A DNA stretch of 64,000 nt from Gammaproteobacteria bacterium (GCA_018812595.1 JAHJDF010000002.1:1790-65789); one strand, 5' to 3'; numbered from the stretch's first letter, positions 50,398-60,699 are shown. Notes: a model not told the origin generated them from the sequence alone. Program-made: numbers and translations.

Positions 50398-50482
50398 TAG
50401 CAACTGTATCGTCATGCCCGCGAAAGCGGGCATCCAGAAAATATATATATTCTGGATTCTTGGCTTTCGCGAGGATGACGGT
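50398..50482. repeat. Full composite family-B element (GTAGCAACTGTATCGTCATGCCCGCGAAAGCGGGCATCCAGAAAATATATATATTCTGGATTCTTGGCTTTCGCGAGGATGACGG)
   Basis: Two opposed hairpins around a (TA)n centre; near-identical copy at 59945. Confidence 0.85.
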
Positions 50483-50614
50483 GGAACACCGCGATTTATC
50501 TTGCCTTGAGACGGGGCGTTGCGATTTTATTTCAGGACATTGTTGGAAGGTGACGGGGATAGGGGGTTTTGTTATGATTTTTTGCCTTTTGTTTCCTTTG
50601 TAAGGAGTTTTTCG

Positions 50615-51022
50615 ATGAAAAAAATACTTGTGATTGTGTCTTTGTTGTTAAGTGGCATTGCGTTCGCTCAAATGCCTGTTCCAACAATTCCGCCGATGAG
50701 TTGTGAGAGTTTTCTTAAGAATGAGTTGGTGCAAGATCAGTTGAATGAAGTCTTTGGTGATAGTGCGCAATACAACGTGCAATACGATCAGCAAAAAAAT
50801 ATATGCACTTTATCGGTGACAGGAACGAAGCAGGGAAAAGATTATAAATTCAGCACGATTTCTTCAGATAATTTCTTGTTAGACGGTAAGTCCTTAACAC
50901 TTTCTTTATTTGCTGCGGATAAACCACAGTGTCTGAATGTCCTTGAAGCAGACTATGCGGATAACACTATTGTAGATGTCTCCTATGCTTTTCCTTATGT
51001 GGATAACACGTGTGACAAATAG
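50615..51022 (+). CDS. Small secreted protein (135 aa, signal peptide), unknown function
   Basis: RBS TAAGGAG 8 nt upstream of ATG 50615; signal peptide MKKILVIVSLLLSGIAFA. Confidence 0.5.
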   Translation: MKKILVIVSLLLSGIAFAQMPVPTIPPMSCESFLKNELVQDQLNEVFGDSAQYNVQYDQQKNICTLSVTGTKQGKDYKFSTISSDNFLLDGKSLTLSLFAADKPQCLNVLEADYADNTIVDVSYAFPYVDNTCDK

Positions 51023-51036
51023 CGCGTCGTGAATTA

Positions 51037-51066
51037 TTTTGTTTGTTAAGAGACGCGGTGAATCGC
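51037..51066. repeat. Family-A REP palindrome (TAAGAGACGCGGTGAATCGCGTCTCTACAG) between convergent genes
   Basis: Direct reading. Confidence 0.8.
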
Positions 51067-51070
51067 GTCT

Positions 51071-52384
51071 CTACAGTTTTCCCCATAAATCATATGCATC
51101 GGCGTCTGTTATTTTTACTTTCACAAAATCCCCAGGGAGTAACTGAAAAGATCCTTCTATAAATACATTGCCATCGACTTCGGGAGCGTCGCCTTCTGAG
51201 CGTCCAATCATCTGATCTTCTGTTACTTCATCCACCAATACTTCTATTGTTTTGCCGATTTTCTTCTGCATCTTTTCTTCACTGATGTCTGCTTGCAAAG
51301 TCATGAGTGCTTCTAGCCGTTGTTCTTTGACGTCTTCAGGAATGTAGTCTGGCAGTTCATTGGCTTTTGCGCCTTTGACTTGTGAGTATTTGAAACATCC
51401 CACGCGATCTAATTGCGCGTTCTCTAAAAAGCGTAACAATTCTTCAAATTCTTGATCCGTTTCACCCGGAAAACCCACAATGAATGTGCTGCGAATCGTT
51501 AAATTGGGGCATTGTTCTCGCCACTTTGAGATGCGTTCTAGCATTTTCTCCGTATGAGCCGGACGACGCATCAGCTCCAGAATACGTGCGTTTGCATGCT
51601 GTAAAGGTACATCGAGGTACGGAAGGATTTTTCCTTCGGCCATCAATGGAATCAGTTCATCAACGTTGGGGTAGGGATAGAGATAATGCAGTCGAATCCA
51701 TATGCCGAATTCCCCTAACGTCTTTGCTAGATCCAATAGGTTGGTTTTTAACGGGCGTCCTTTCCAAAAGTCTGTTTTAAATTTTAAGTCACTTCCGTAA
51801 GCGCTGGTGTCTTGTGCGATGATCAACAGTTCTTTAACACCTGCGTTCACGAGCGTTTCTGCCTCATCCAAAATGTTTCCAATAGAGCGGCTGACAAGAG
51901 GGCCGCGCAATTCAGGGATGATGCAATACGTGCATTGATGATTGCATCCTTCTGAAATTTTCAAATAAGCATAATGGGATGGTGTGAGTTTGATGCCTTG
52001 TTTTGGCAAGGAAGTAGCAACAGCATGGCGTGGCGGAGATAAATGCTGATGAACCAGTTGCAACACAGCTTTTGTATCGTTTGGCCCGACAATGCCGAGT
52101 ACGAGCGGGAATTGCTCCAATATCGTCACTTTTCGTTTTCCAAGGCAGCCCATTACGATGACTTTGCCGTTTTCGAGCAAGGCTTCTTTGATGGCAAGGA
52201 GCGATTCTTCGATGGCTTCGTTAATAAAGGCGCACGTATTGATGATGATGAGGTCTGCTTGTTTGTAATCGTCTACGATTTCATACCCTTCACGGCGCAA
52301 TTCCGTCATGACTTGTTCAGAATCCACCAAAGCTTTTGCGCACCCTAAGCTCACAAATCCAATAGCAGGTTTTTGTTCTGACAT
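51071..52384 (-). CDS. rimO: Ribosomal protein S12 methylthiotransferase RimO (radical SAM, MTTase)
   Basis: N-terminal MTTase domain ([17 protein letters not shown]...INTCAFI), radical-SAM CxxxCxx[15 protein letters not shown] domain. Confidence 0.9.
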   Translation of the reverse strand: MSEQKPAIGFVSLGCAKALVDSEQVMTELRREGYEIVDDYKQADLIIINTCAFINEAIEESLLAIKEALLENGKVIVMGCLGKRKVTILEQFPLVLGIVGPNDTKAVLQLVHQHLSPPRHAVATSLPKQGIKLTPSHYAYLKISEGCNHQCTYCIIPELRGPLVSRSIGNILDEAETLVNAGVKELLIIAQDTSAYGSDLKFKTDFWKGRPLKTNLLDLAKTLGEFGIWIRLHYLYPYPNVDELIPLMAEGKILPYLDVPLQHANARILELMRRPAHTEKMLERISKWREQCPNLTIRSTFIVGFPGETDQEFEELLRFLENAQLDRVGCFKYSQVKGAKANELPDYIPEDVKEQRLEALMTLQADISEEKMQKKIGKTIEVLVDEVTEDQMIGRSEGDAPEVDGNVFIEGSFQLLPGDFVKVKITDADAYDLWGKL

Positions 52385-52555
52385 ATTTATCCCCTGACAA
52401 AAAAGGGCGGCATTCTACTCTGGCTTGTTTTGATGCGCATTCGGGTTCTAACATCGAGTTTCATGTATATGGATTTATAGCTGCTATATTTTACTAACTA
52501 TGTTCTTAGGAATGTGGGGAATTATGAGAAAAACAAAAAAATAATGAGATGAGTT

Positions 52556-54172
52556 ATGGGAAAAAAAAGAAAAAGAAACGTAGAAGAAGTTGTGATGCCA
52601 AAAGTTCTACACAAACAGAAATTTGTTGTTTTGTCAGAAAAAGAAAAAGAGGCTCTTGATCGGCTGAAGGAAAGATATTTCTTTTCCAAATTTCAACTGA
52701 ATGATTTCAATCAGGAGGAAATTCTTCACGTTATTCGTAGTTTGCAGTCTGCTCGTTTTAAAAGTGCTCCGCAGGCACGCAAAGTAACCTACTATCGGAA
52801 GGCGTTGTTTCAGTATCTTACTGATAATCGGTTTTCTGAATTTGACGAGATTTTCAACGATGCATTCAGAACATTTTCCACTTTCCTGAATGCATATAAA
52901 TACCGATTTCGACGTGGTCCACGAAAACCTGTTTATTTGTCAGAAGAGGATAAAGAGGTGCTTGAGCAGCTCAAACAAGGCCGGCTTTTTCCCCCAGAAT
53001 CTTTGGATGTAGTTCTTTCTGGTGAAGAGGAAATTATTAACACGGTGATTGAGTTAGAAATGAACCGTTTTCAAGGGAAAAGAGCTTCATATGTACATGA
53101 AATAAATGCTTATAGAAAACTAATGTTTGAATCTCTTGGTGGCCGAGCAACTGAATATTTTGAATTTACGGAGTTCTGTCGTCTCGTTAATAATCGAAAA
53201 AATAATGGCCAACAACTCTCTGTTTATTTGTCCGACAAAGAAAAAGCATATCTTCAAAAGCTTAAGAAACGTTGCTCTTCAGATGAATGTTTTCACCTTA
53301 GCTTTCTAAGTCGACAAACAGTTATTGAGGCTGTTTTAAAATTAGAATGTCTGCATTTTCAAGGCGAGAGCACTATCAGCACTGTTGCCATACAAAAATT
53401 TCGAGGCGAGGTAGTTGATTATCTCGTACAAGGTGAAGTTGAGTATGAAGCGTTCAAAAATTTTTCCATGTCAGTAAGTAAAGAAAAATTGAGGATAAAA
53501 GAGTTATGGAAAAAGATGTCAGAAAAAAGAAGATTGGACAAAAAAGAAACACCTCCTCGCAAACGAGTGCGTTATGAGATAGGCCATTATGAAATTAGAG
53601 AACTTCTCGCAGAACAAGAGGAGGTTAAAGGAGAGGAATATAAACAGGAGGATTGTTTATTACATCACCCAAAAGCGTTTATTTGTTGGCTCGATACTTT
53701 TTTAGTTAATTTAGAAGATTCTGTGAATTCATTGTTGCAGCAAGAGGCCGTTCAATTTTTTAATTTTGTTGATGAAGGGTTCTTTCATTCTGTGAGTACC
53801 TTTTTCCCCTATACATATAATGAGGATGAAGAAAAAGAGACATCATTGTTTTCAGTCATCACCAATGTTGATCAAGTGTTGCAACAGTTGCGTTTTATGA
53901 TGAAAAGTAGTTGTAGCCATTTTGAAATGGATGGCTTTTCGAAGCTTGAAAAGAGTTTTAGTGATTTAAGGCTGGGGTGGGGATATCAAAATAAACTGTC
54001 CGATATTTCCTCTGCTTTTTCTTCAGAAGAGCGGGTGAAACAAATACGTGATCTATTCGATAAATCCAGTTCGTTAAGGCGGCGCATAGATACGAAGAAA
54101 GAACAGATAATGACGATCACCGAGAGTCAAATGCGCTGTAACGATGAAGAAAATCTAAGACTGACAGTGTAG
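52556..54172 (+). CDS. Hypothetical 538-aa protein, paralog A of tandem pair; three internal ~95-aa repeats plus conserved C-terminal module
   Basis: Internal repeats each containing (V/I)YLS-x2-(E/D)K-x2-L-x2-LK...; C-terminal 170 aa >85% identical to paralog B incl. acidic NEDEEKE block. Confidence 0.7.
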   Translation: MGKKRKRNVEEVVMPKVLHKQKFVVLSEKEKEALDRLKERYFFSKFQLNDFNQEEILHVIRSLQSARFKSAPQARKVTYYRKALFQYLTDNRFSEFDEIFNDAFRTFSTFLNAYKYRFRRGPRKPVYLSEEDKEVLEQLKQGRLFPPESLDVVLSGEEEIINTVIELEMNRFQGKRASYVHEINAYRKLMFESLGGRATEYFEFTEFCRLVNNRKNNGQQLSVYLSDKEKAYLQKLKKRCSSDECFHLSFLSRQTVIEAVLKLECLHFQGESTISTVAIQKFRGEVVDYLVQGEVEYEAFKNFSMSVSKEKLRIKELWKKMSEKRRLDKKETPPRKRVRYEIGHYEIRELLAEQEEVKGEEYKQEDCLLHHPKAFICWLDTFLVNLEDSVNSLLQQEAVQFFNFVDEGFFHSVSTFFPYTYNEDEEKETSLFSVITNVDQVLQQLRFMMKSSCSHFEMDGFSKLEKSFSDLRLGWGYQNKLSDISSAFSSEERVKQIRDLFDKSSSLRRRIDTKKEQIMTITESQMRCNDEENLRLTV

Positions 54173-54212
54173 CAACTGTATCGTCATGCTTAGCTTCGGC
54201 GGGGGTATCCAG
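54168..54212. repeat. Degenerate family-B half element (GTAGCAACTGTATCGTCATGCTTAGCTTCGGCGGGGGTATCCAG) that supplies the TAG stop codon of paralog A
   Basis: Shares the 20-nt leader GTAGCAACTGTATCGTCATG with copies at 50398, 59945 and 60566. Confidence 0.7.
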
Positions 54213-54301
54213 TCATTCATTTTCCGGCTGTCATGTTTCAGTATTTGACTTCAAAACCTGTGTCATCATGAGAAAAACAAAAAAAATAATGAGGATGAGT
54301 T

Positions 54302-55546
54302 ATGGGAAAAGAAATAATAAGAACAGTAGAAGAACAGCAACTTGTTTATTTGTCAGAAGAAGATAAAAAGGTCCTTGAGACGCTTAAACAAGACTGGCGC
54401 TTCTCTTTAAAGTTCAATCAAAAGGAAATTGTTGACACTGTGGCTGAGTTGGAAATTGACTGCTTTAAAGAGAAAAAAAATCCATATGTACGAGATGTAT
54501 ATGCTTATAGAAAATTAATGTTTCAGTTTCTCTTTGATGATCTATCAACTGAATCTTTTGAATTTAAGGTATTCCGTCGTCTCATTAGCAAGCGAAAAAG
54601 TAACAGGCGGCCAATCTTTGTTTGTTTGTCCAACGAAGAAAAAGATTTTCTTCAAGGGCTTATGAAACATTGTTCTTTAAATGAAAATTTCCCATTCGGG
54701 GTTTTAATGCAAAAAGAAATTATTGAGGCAGTTGCAGGGCTCGAGTGTCTGCATTTTCAAGGCGCAAGGACCATAAATACCTGTGCTAGACGAAAGTTTC
54801 GATGGGAGGTGGCTAGCTATCTCCTACAAAGCGCACCTAAGGGGCAAGAGATCGAAAGGTTCTCTCGTTTATTAAGCAGGAAAAAGCCGCAGATGTTAAA
54901 AAGGATGCAGGAAACATGGCTCATAAATAATAAAGGATATCGTGGTCAGCAGTGTTATGAGGCGTTTGTTTTTAAACCAGTTCAAAAAGAGGTTAAAGAG
55001 GTTCAACAAGAGGAATGTAGACGTTTAATAAATAACTTCCCGAATTTTCTTTATTTGCTCGATATTTTTTTAGTTGATTTAGAAAATTCTGTGAATTCAT
55101 TGTTGCAGCAAGAGGCTGTTCAATTTTTTCATTTTGTTGATGACGGGCTCTTTCATTCTGTGAGTACCTTTTTTCCCCACACATATAATGAGGATGAAGA
55201 AAAAGAGACATCATTGTTTTCAGTCATCACCAATGTTGATCAAGTGTTGCAACAGTTGAATTTTATGATGAAAAGTAGTTGTAGCCATTTTGAAATGGAT
55301 GGTTTTTCGGAGCTTGAAAAGAGTTTTAGTGATTTAAGGAAACAGGGGCTGATGTATCAAAATAAACTGTCCGATATTTTTTCTGCTTTTCCTTCAGAAG
55401 AGCTGGTGAAAAAAATACGTGATCTGTTCGATAAATCCAGTTTGTTAAGGTGGCATATAGATACGAAGAAAAAACAGGTCATGATGATCACAGAGAGTCA
55501 AATGCGCTGTAACGATGAAGAAAATCAGTTAAGACTGATGGCGTAG
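54302..55546 (+). CDS. Hypothetical 414-aa protein, paralog B of tandem pair; two internal repeats plus conserved C-terminal module
   Basis: Same 5' leader (CATGAGAAAAACAAAAAAAATAATGAGGATGAGTTATGGG) and C-terminal module as paralog A. Confidence 0.7.
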   Translation: MGKEIIRTVEEQQLVYLSEEDKKVLETLKQDWRFSLKFNQKEIVDTVAELEIDCFKEKKNPYVRDVYAYRKLMFQFLFDDLSTESFEFKVFRRLISKRKSNRRPIFVCLSNEEKDFLQGLMKHCSLNENFPFGVLMQKEIIEAVAGLECLHFQGARTINTCARRKFRWEVASYLLQSAPKGQEIERFSRLLSRKKPQMLKRMQETWLINNKGYRGQQCYEAFVFKPVQKEVKEVQQEECRRLINNFPNFLYLLDIFLVDLENSVNSLLQQEAVQFFHFVDDGLFHSVSTFFPHTYNEDEEKETSLFSVITNVDQVLQQLNFMMKSSCSHFEMDGFSELEKSFSDLRKQGLMYQNKLSDIFSAFPSEELVKKIRDLFDKSSLLRWHIDTKKKQVMMITESQMRCNDEENQLRLMA

Positions 55547-55565
55547 CGATGCGATCTGTCATGTT

Positions 55566-56984
55566 TCAGCATTTGTGCTGTGGCGAGTTTGTGTAAAGAG
55601 GTGATGGTTTTTTGTTAGTGTTTTCGATGTTTCTTATTAAGTCTGTCAAAAATGATTTTTGCTTCCATTCCAGTATTTTTTCTTCTGCCCACTCCTGCAA
55701 TGCGTTGTCTTTGCCGCTTAGACAGAACAGAACTAGATCTTTGAGAAAGTCCATATGTGCTTTTTTTGTCTCCTCTCTATCAAACAAGGGGTTGCCAAAT
55801 AAGGAGCTATGCTCGATGCAGAATAAACAGTCGCTTATATATATATTTGTTATGTTTTGCTGTTTATTCGATAGATGTGTACACAAAACAGCACGGGCTA
55901 GGTTTTTGTGATCTGGATTTTTGCTTGCGATGCAATGTTGCATAATATCTCTGCTATACGATTGTATGTTGTAATCTTTGCCATCCTCGCATAGCAATAG
56001 GACTTGATGTGTTGCTTGAAAAGAAGGGAAATCAGGATTCGAAGTAATTATGTATTTTAGAAAGATAGATTGAATCTTTGAATCCTGTGGCTGCAAGCAT
56101 ATTGCTTGATAGAGAATGCTTTCGAGTTCATTTATATCTTCTTTTTTTAGTTCGTGTGGAGAAACATAACGATTTATCTCTTCAATAAAAGAGGGCTCTA
56201 GGTCGGATAGCTTTATTTCTCGATAGATCTCTTCATTTTGATGTAGGGATAAAAACATAAAAAGTTTGAAAAAGTTGAATTTCACCCCGTGCCTTATTTC
56301 GCCGTATGGATTTCTTTCTTGAATACATCGTTCCATTACGTTTTTAACGATTTCTACATTCTTCTTTTGTATGAGATCAAGCAGAATCGATAGGGCTGTT
56401 GATTGCCATTTCTTTTCTGATTGCTCATACCTTTCCGGATGCTGTTTTCGTTTCTCTTCCCATAATTTTTTGGGATCTATAAGTTGTAGAATCGTATCTA
56501 TAGCAAAATCTTTTAACTTCGGATCATCAGAGTTCGCATTGTTCAAAATGATTTCTTGTGCAAATGCTGATTCTTTGCCCCATCCGGCTACGTATGTGAG
56601 AAGAATTTGGAATGCCAATTTTAGTTGTATTATTTCAGACGCTCCTTTGGCTCCATATTCGTTGATTGTTTTTTCAGCCCAGTTTTGAGCCACCTTATTT
56701 TCAGATTTTGCGCATGCAATCATCGCATCGATCGGAAACTGATCTAGACGTTCTTGTTGTTTTCGGTCGTAGGGATTGCGTCTGTTCCTACAGTGGTAAA
56801 AGAAATCCTTTATGGCCTCTTGAGCACTTGCCTCTTTAGAGGCTATACATTTAACAACCACATCGGGTGCGTCAAGTTGGCCGGTTGTTACGAGGGTCCT
56901 CATCTCTTCTTGAAAAGCTTTATCATTGGATGTTGCTAATGTAACCAGTTTGTTGATTTTTTTGGAGAGGGAGAATAGATACAT
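55566..56984 (-). CDS. Hypothetical 472-aa all-helical protein (convergent with paralog B)
   Basis: Long ORF with ATG start; no recognisable catalytic motifs; helical-repeat-like composition. Confidence 0.6.
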   Translation of the reverse strand: MYLFSLSKKINKLVTLATSNDKAFQEEMRTLVTTGQLDAPDVVVKCIASKEASAQEAIKDFFYHCRNRRNPYDRKQQERLDQFPIDAMIACAKSENKVAQNWAEKTINEYGAKGASEIIQLKLAFQILLTYVAGWGKESAFAQEIILNNANSDDPKLKDFAIDTILQLIDPKKLWEEKRKQHPERYEQSEKKWQSTALSILLDLIQKKNVEIVKNVMERCIQERNPYGEIRHGVKFNFFKLFMFLSLHQNEEIYREIKLSDLEPSFIEEINRYVSPHELKKEDINELESILYQAICLQPQDSKIQSIFLKYIITSNPDFPSFQATHQVLLLCEDGKDYNIQSYSRDIMQHCIASKNPDHKNLARAVLCTHLSNKQQNITNIYISDCLFCIEHSSLFGNPLFDREETKKAHMDFLKDLVLFCLSGKDNALQEWAEEKILEWKQKSFLTDLIRNIENTNKKPSPLYTNSPQHKC

Positions 56985-57064
56985 GGTGCGTCTTTGTTAT
57001 TTTATTCGTACAACTACGAACATTCTTTTATTAACAAATAGCAACATTTTTTAATAAGGCAACT

Positions 57065-58429
57065 TTATTCTTCATCGATGGATTTTATAACTTCACATTC
57101 CAGCGTGCCTTGATGCAGCTTTGCTTGCACGGCATCTCCTATATGTACCTGATGAGCATTTTTTACGACACACCCGTTTGCATCCGTTATGACAGAATAA
57201 CCGCGGGCAAGAATGGCCAGTGGGCTCATGGCTTGTAGGGTTCGTGCGAGGGTCTGAAAACGCGCTTGTAACATTTGAAGACGATGATTGACGCTTCTTT
57301 CACACTTTTGTCCAAGCATGTTCAGTTGATATTGCATGTGTTCTAAACGATGGCGTGGATGGAATTGTTGCAGTGTGGTTGAGAGGTGTAGCCATCGTGA
57401 TTTCTTTTGTTCGAGGATTTGTTTGATTTGTGAGCGCAATTGATGAGCAGCATAGTCCAACTGTTGTGATTGTTGTTGTAAGAGATAAATCGGATGCGCA
57501 CGTTCTAACCTTTTCTTTAGAACATCTAATGTTTGATGATGTTCCTTCAATTGTTGATTTAGCTTTTGATACAGATAGGAATAGTGCTGTTTAAGTTGTT
57601 GTTTTAGCTTTATTTGATCAGGGCTCACAATCTCTGCAGCAGCGCTCGGTGTGGGAGCGCGTTTATCTGCGACGTAATCAGAAATAGTGAAATCGATTTC
57701 GTGGCCAACACTGGACACAACAGGAATGACACTGGCATAGATTGCGCGCGCGACAATTTCTTCGTTGAAAGGCCACAGATCTTCAAGCGATCCACCCCCG
57801 CGGCCGACAATCAGCACATCGCATTCGTGTCGTTGATTAGCTATCTCAATGGCTTTTGCAATTTTTGGAGCCGCTGTATCGCCTTGCACAGGGGTTGGAT
57901 AAATGATGACAGAGGCGAGGGGATAGCGACGGTTTAAAACAGTGAGAATGTCTCTGATTGCTGCTCCCGTCGGGGAAGTCACAACACCAATGCATTTCGG
58001 AAAAAGCGGCAAGGCTTTTTTATGAGCCTCATCGAACAAACCTTCCTCTGACAACTTCTTTTTCAGCATTTCGTACGTATGTTGCAGTGCACCGAAACCG
58101 GCTTCTTCTAAGTGATCGATGATGAGCTGAAAATTTCCGCGATTTTGGTAAAGACTTACTCGCGCATGCACCAAAACTTTCTGACCGTGCTTTGGAGTGA
58201 AACTGAGTTTCTGGTTGGCAAAACGAAACATGGCGCAGCTGACTTGAGCGTTCGCATCTTTTAAAGTGAAGTACCAATGACCTGATGCTGCATTGGCCGT
58301 GAAGTTCGAAATTTCACCTTCGACCCAAATAGAAGGAAATTGGTTTTCCAAGAGATCGTGCACTAATTTATTGAGATTCGAGACAGTTAAGATCGGTTGG
58401 TCGGTTGAAGGCTGTTGTGTTTTAATCAT
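57065..58429 (-). CDS. xseA: Exodeoxyribonuclease VII large subunit
   Basis: N-terminal OB-fold (LTVSNLNKLVHDLLENQFPSIWVEGEISNF), catalytic domain, coiled-coil C-terminus. Confidence 0.9.
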   Translation of the reverse strand: MIKTQQPSTDQPILTVSNLNKLVHDLLENQFPSIWVEGEISNFTANAASGHWYFTLKDANAQVSCAMFRFANQKLSFTPKHGQKVLVHARVSLYQNRGNFQLIIDHLEEAGFGALQHTYEMLKKKLSEEGLFDEAHKKALPLFPKCIGVVTSPTGAAIRDILTVLNRRYPLASVIIYPTPVQGDTAAPKIAKAIEIANQRHECDVLIVGRGGGSLEDLWPFNEEIVARAIYASVIPVVSSVGHEIDFTISDYVADKRAPTPSAAAEIVSPDQIKLKQQLKQHYSYLYQKLNQQLKEHHQTLDVLKKRLERAHPIYLLQQQSQQLDYAAHQLRSQIKQILEQKKSRWLHLSTTLQQFHPRHRLEHMQYQLNMLGQKCERSVNHRLQMLQARFQTLARTLQAMSPLAILARGYSVITDANGCVVKNAHQVHIGDAVQAKLHQGTLECEVIKSIDEE

Positions 58430-58483
58430 GTGCGCTCTAATTTTTTGAATAACGTCGCAGATACTAAGAAAAGGAGAATAAAA

Positions 58484-59941
58484 ATGCCAACTCTATCCGA
58501 TTTACAACCGCACTCTCTTTGGGGTTTTTTTCAATCGATCTGTGACATTCCTCATCCTTCAGGAAAAGAACAAGTGATTTCCAAGTTCGTAAAAGATTTT
58601 GGTGAACGTTTGGGATTTGAGACGGTGATGGATGCTGTTGGAAATGTATTGATCCGAAAACCTGCAACAACAGGCCGTGAGAATGTTCCGGGAGTTATTT
58701 TGCAAGGGCATTTGGACATGGTGCCGCAGAAAAACAGCGATCGAGATTTCGATTTTGAAAAAGATTCGATTCCTGTTTATGTGGATGGAGAGTGGGTGAC
58801 AGCCCAAGGAACTACGTTAGGCGCAGACAATGGGATTGGTGTGGCCGCGATTTTGGCGGTTTTGGCTTCCAATGAAATTGCGCATGGGCCGATTGAGGCT
58901 TTATTTACGGTGGATGAAGAAAGTGGCATGACGGGGGCTTTTGGATTGCAGCCGGGTTTTTTGCGTTATTCCACGTTGATCAATTTGGATTCTGAACAAG
59001 ACGGTGAAATTTTTGTTGGTTGCGCCGGTGGGGAGCGAACGGATATTTCGATTCCCTATCATGAAGAAGCCGCGCCGCAAGAGGGTGTGACTTATCGAGT
59101 TACCGTGAAAGGTTTAAAAGGAGGGCATTCCGGAGCGGACATTCATTTAGGCCGAGGCAACGCCAACAAGATTTTAAATCGTGTGTTGTGGAATATGGCT
59201 CGTACACACAGTGCGCGTTTGTCGAGCATCGATGGCGGTGGGTTGTTTAATGCAATTCCTCGTGAATCAAAAGCTGTCGTCGTTGTGTCTCGTGGTCATG
59301 AAGCAGCTTTCGTGAAAGATGCACATGCCTTGGCTGAGGTGATACGGCAGGAGTTACGAACCGTCGAACCGGATTTGCAAATTTTGTTGGAGTCTGTGGA
59401 TCCTGTTTCAATAGTGATGGATGAGTCATCACAACAGCACTTATTTAATCTTCTTTATGCTTTTCCAAATGGGGTCATGAGCATGAGCGCTGTTATGCCA
59501 GGGCTTGTGGAAACCTCGACCAATTTGGCGCGCGTGGTGTCTGACGTAAAAGAGAAACGCGTTCATATTTCTTCTTTACAACGCAGTTCGGTGGATTCAT
59601 TGCGGCAAGATTTGGCGGACATGATCGATAGTGCAGTGACAGCTATTCCAGGTGTTGAGGTAAAGCATTTAGATGCGTACCCCGGTTGGGCGCCGAATTT
59701 AGATTCAAAGATTCTGTCTGTTGTGAAAGATGCTTATGCCGCTTTGTTTCATGAGCAACCTGTCTTTCAAGCAATTCATGCCGGCTTAGAGTGCGCGTTG
59801 TTTAGTGGTGCCTATCCGGAAATGGATATGGTTTCCTTTGGTCCAACCATCGAAAACGCTCATTCTCCAGACGAAAGGGTGCGGGTGACATCGGTACAAC
59901 ATTTTTGGAACTGGCTAGTCCAGGTGCTAGAGAGTATTTAA
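58484..59941 (+). CDS. pepD: Cytosol non-specific (Xaa-His) dipeptidase PepD, M20C family
   Basis: RBS AAGGAG before ATG 58484; M20 metal-binding contexts (HLDMV, DNGIG, EESG). Confidence 0.85.
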   Translation: MPTLSDLQPHSLWGFFQSICDIPHPSGKEQVISKFVKDFGERLGFETVMDAVGNVLIRKPATTGRENVPGVILQGHLDMVPQKNSDRDFDFEKDSIPVYVDGEWVTAQGTTLGADNGIGVAAILAVLASNEIAHGPIEALFTVDEESGMTGAFGLQPGFLRYSTLINLDSEQDGEIFVGCAGGERTDISIPYHEEAAPQEGVTYRVTVKGLKGGHSGADIHLGRGNANKILNRVLWNMARTHSARLSSIDGGGLFNAIPRESKAVVVVSRGHEAAFVKDAHALAEVIRQELRTVEPDLQILLESVDPVSIVMDESSQQHLFNLLYAFPNGVMSMSAVMPGLVETSTNLARVVSDVKEKRVHISSLQRSSVDSLRQDLADMIDSAVTAIPGVEVKHLDAYPGWAPNLDSKILSVVKDAYAALFHEQPVFQAIHAGLECALFSGAYPEMDMVSFGPTIENAHSPDERVRVTSVQHFWNWLVQVLESI

Positions 59942-59944
59942 TAA

Positions 59945-60028
59945 CGTAGCAACTGTATCGTCATGCCCGCGAAAGCGGGCATCCAGAAAATATATATACC
60001 TGGATTCTTAGCTTTCGCGGGGGTGACG
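59945..60028. repeat. Full composite family-B element, near-identical to 50398-50482
   Basis: GTAGCAACTGTATCGTCATGCCCGCGAAAGCGGGCATCCAGAAAATATATATACCTGGATTCTTAGCTTTCGCGGGGGTGACGG. Confidence 0.85.
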
Positions 60029-60041
60029 GTGGATCACATGC

Positions 60042-60073
60042 TGTAGAGACGCGATAAATCGCGTCTCTACGTT
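60042..60073. repeat. Family-A REP palindrome (TGTAGAGACGCGATAAATCGCGTCTCTACGTT)
   Basis: Direct reading; 14 nt after the family-B element. Confidence 0.8.
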
Positions 60074-60090
60074 TGAGTAGAGAAAACGAT

Positions 60091-60549
60091 ATGAATTTCA
60101 GTGATCTCACATTTATGCAACAGGCCCTTCGATTAGCGCGATTGGCTGAAGAGAAAGGCGAAGTTCCTGTTGGCGCTGTGCTTGTCTTTCAAGATGAAAT
60201 CGTTGGAGAGGGTTGGAATCAGCCGATTGGTTTGCAGGATCCAACTGCGCATGCGGAAATCATGGCGTTGCGAGACGCTTCTCAAGCGCTTTCTAATTAT
60301 CGTCTGCCGGGAACGACGTTATATGTCACATTGGAACCGTGTTTAATGTGTGTGGGCGCGATGATTCATGCGCGTATTGAGCGCTTGGTTTTTGGTGCTT
60401 ATGACGCGCGTGCTGGAGCGGTGGAGAGTGTCTTTCATGTTCTAGATGATTCGCATTTAAACCATCACATCGAGTATGAAGGCGGTGTGTTGAGTGAAAA
60501 GTGCAGTCAATTACTCAAAGATTTTTTCCAGAAAAGAAGGCAGGGATAA
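60091..60549 (+). CDS. tadA: tRNA-specific adenosine deaminase TadA
   Basis: CDA zinc motifs HAEIMALRDA and PCLMCVGAM. Confidence 0.9.
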   Translation: MNFSDLTFMQQALRLARLAEEKGEVPVGAVLVFQDEIVGEGWNQPIGLQDPTAHAEIMALRDASQALSNYRLPGTTLYVTLEPCLMCVGAMIHARIERLVFGAYDARAGAVESVFHVLDDSHLNHHIEYEGGVLSEKCSQLLKDFFQKRRQG

Positions 60550-60565
60550 CACGATTACCAAAAAC

Positions 60566-60608
60566 GTAATAACTGTATCGTCATGCCCGCGAAAGCGGGC
60601 ATCCAGAC
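60566..60608. repeat. Family-B left half element (AATAACTGTATCGTCATGCCCGCGAAAGCGGGCATCCAGACAGG)
   Basis: Direct reading after tadA stop. Confidence 0.8.
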
Positions 60609-60699
60609 AGGCGGCTTAATAGGGCAGCTGGATCCTAGGCTTTCAAAGGGGTAACGATGGGGCATGCGGTAGAGACTATATTCCTTTCGTCTTTTCTCG

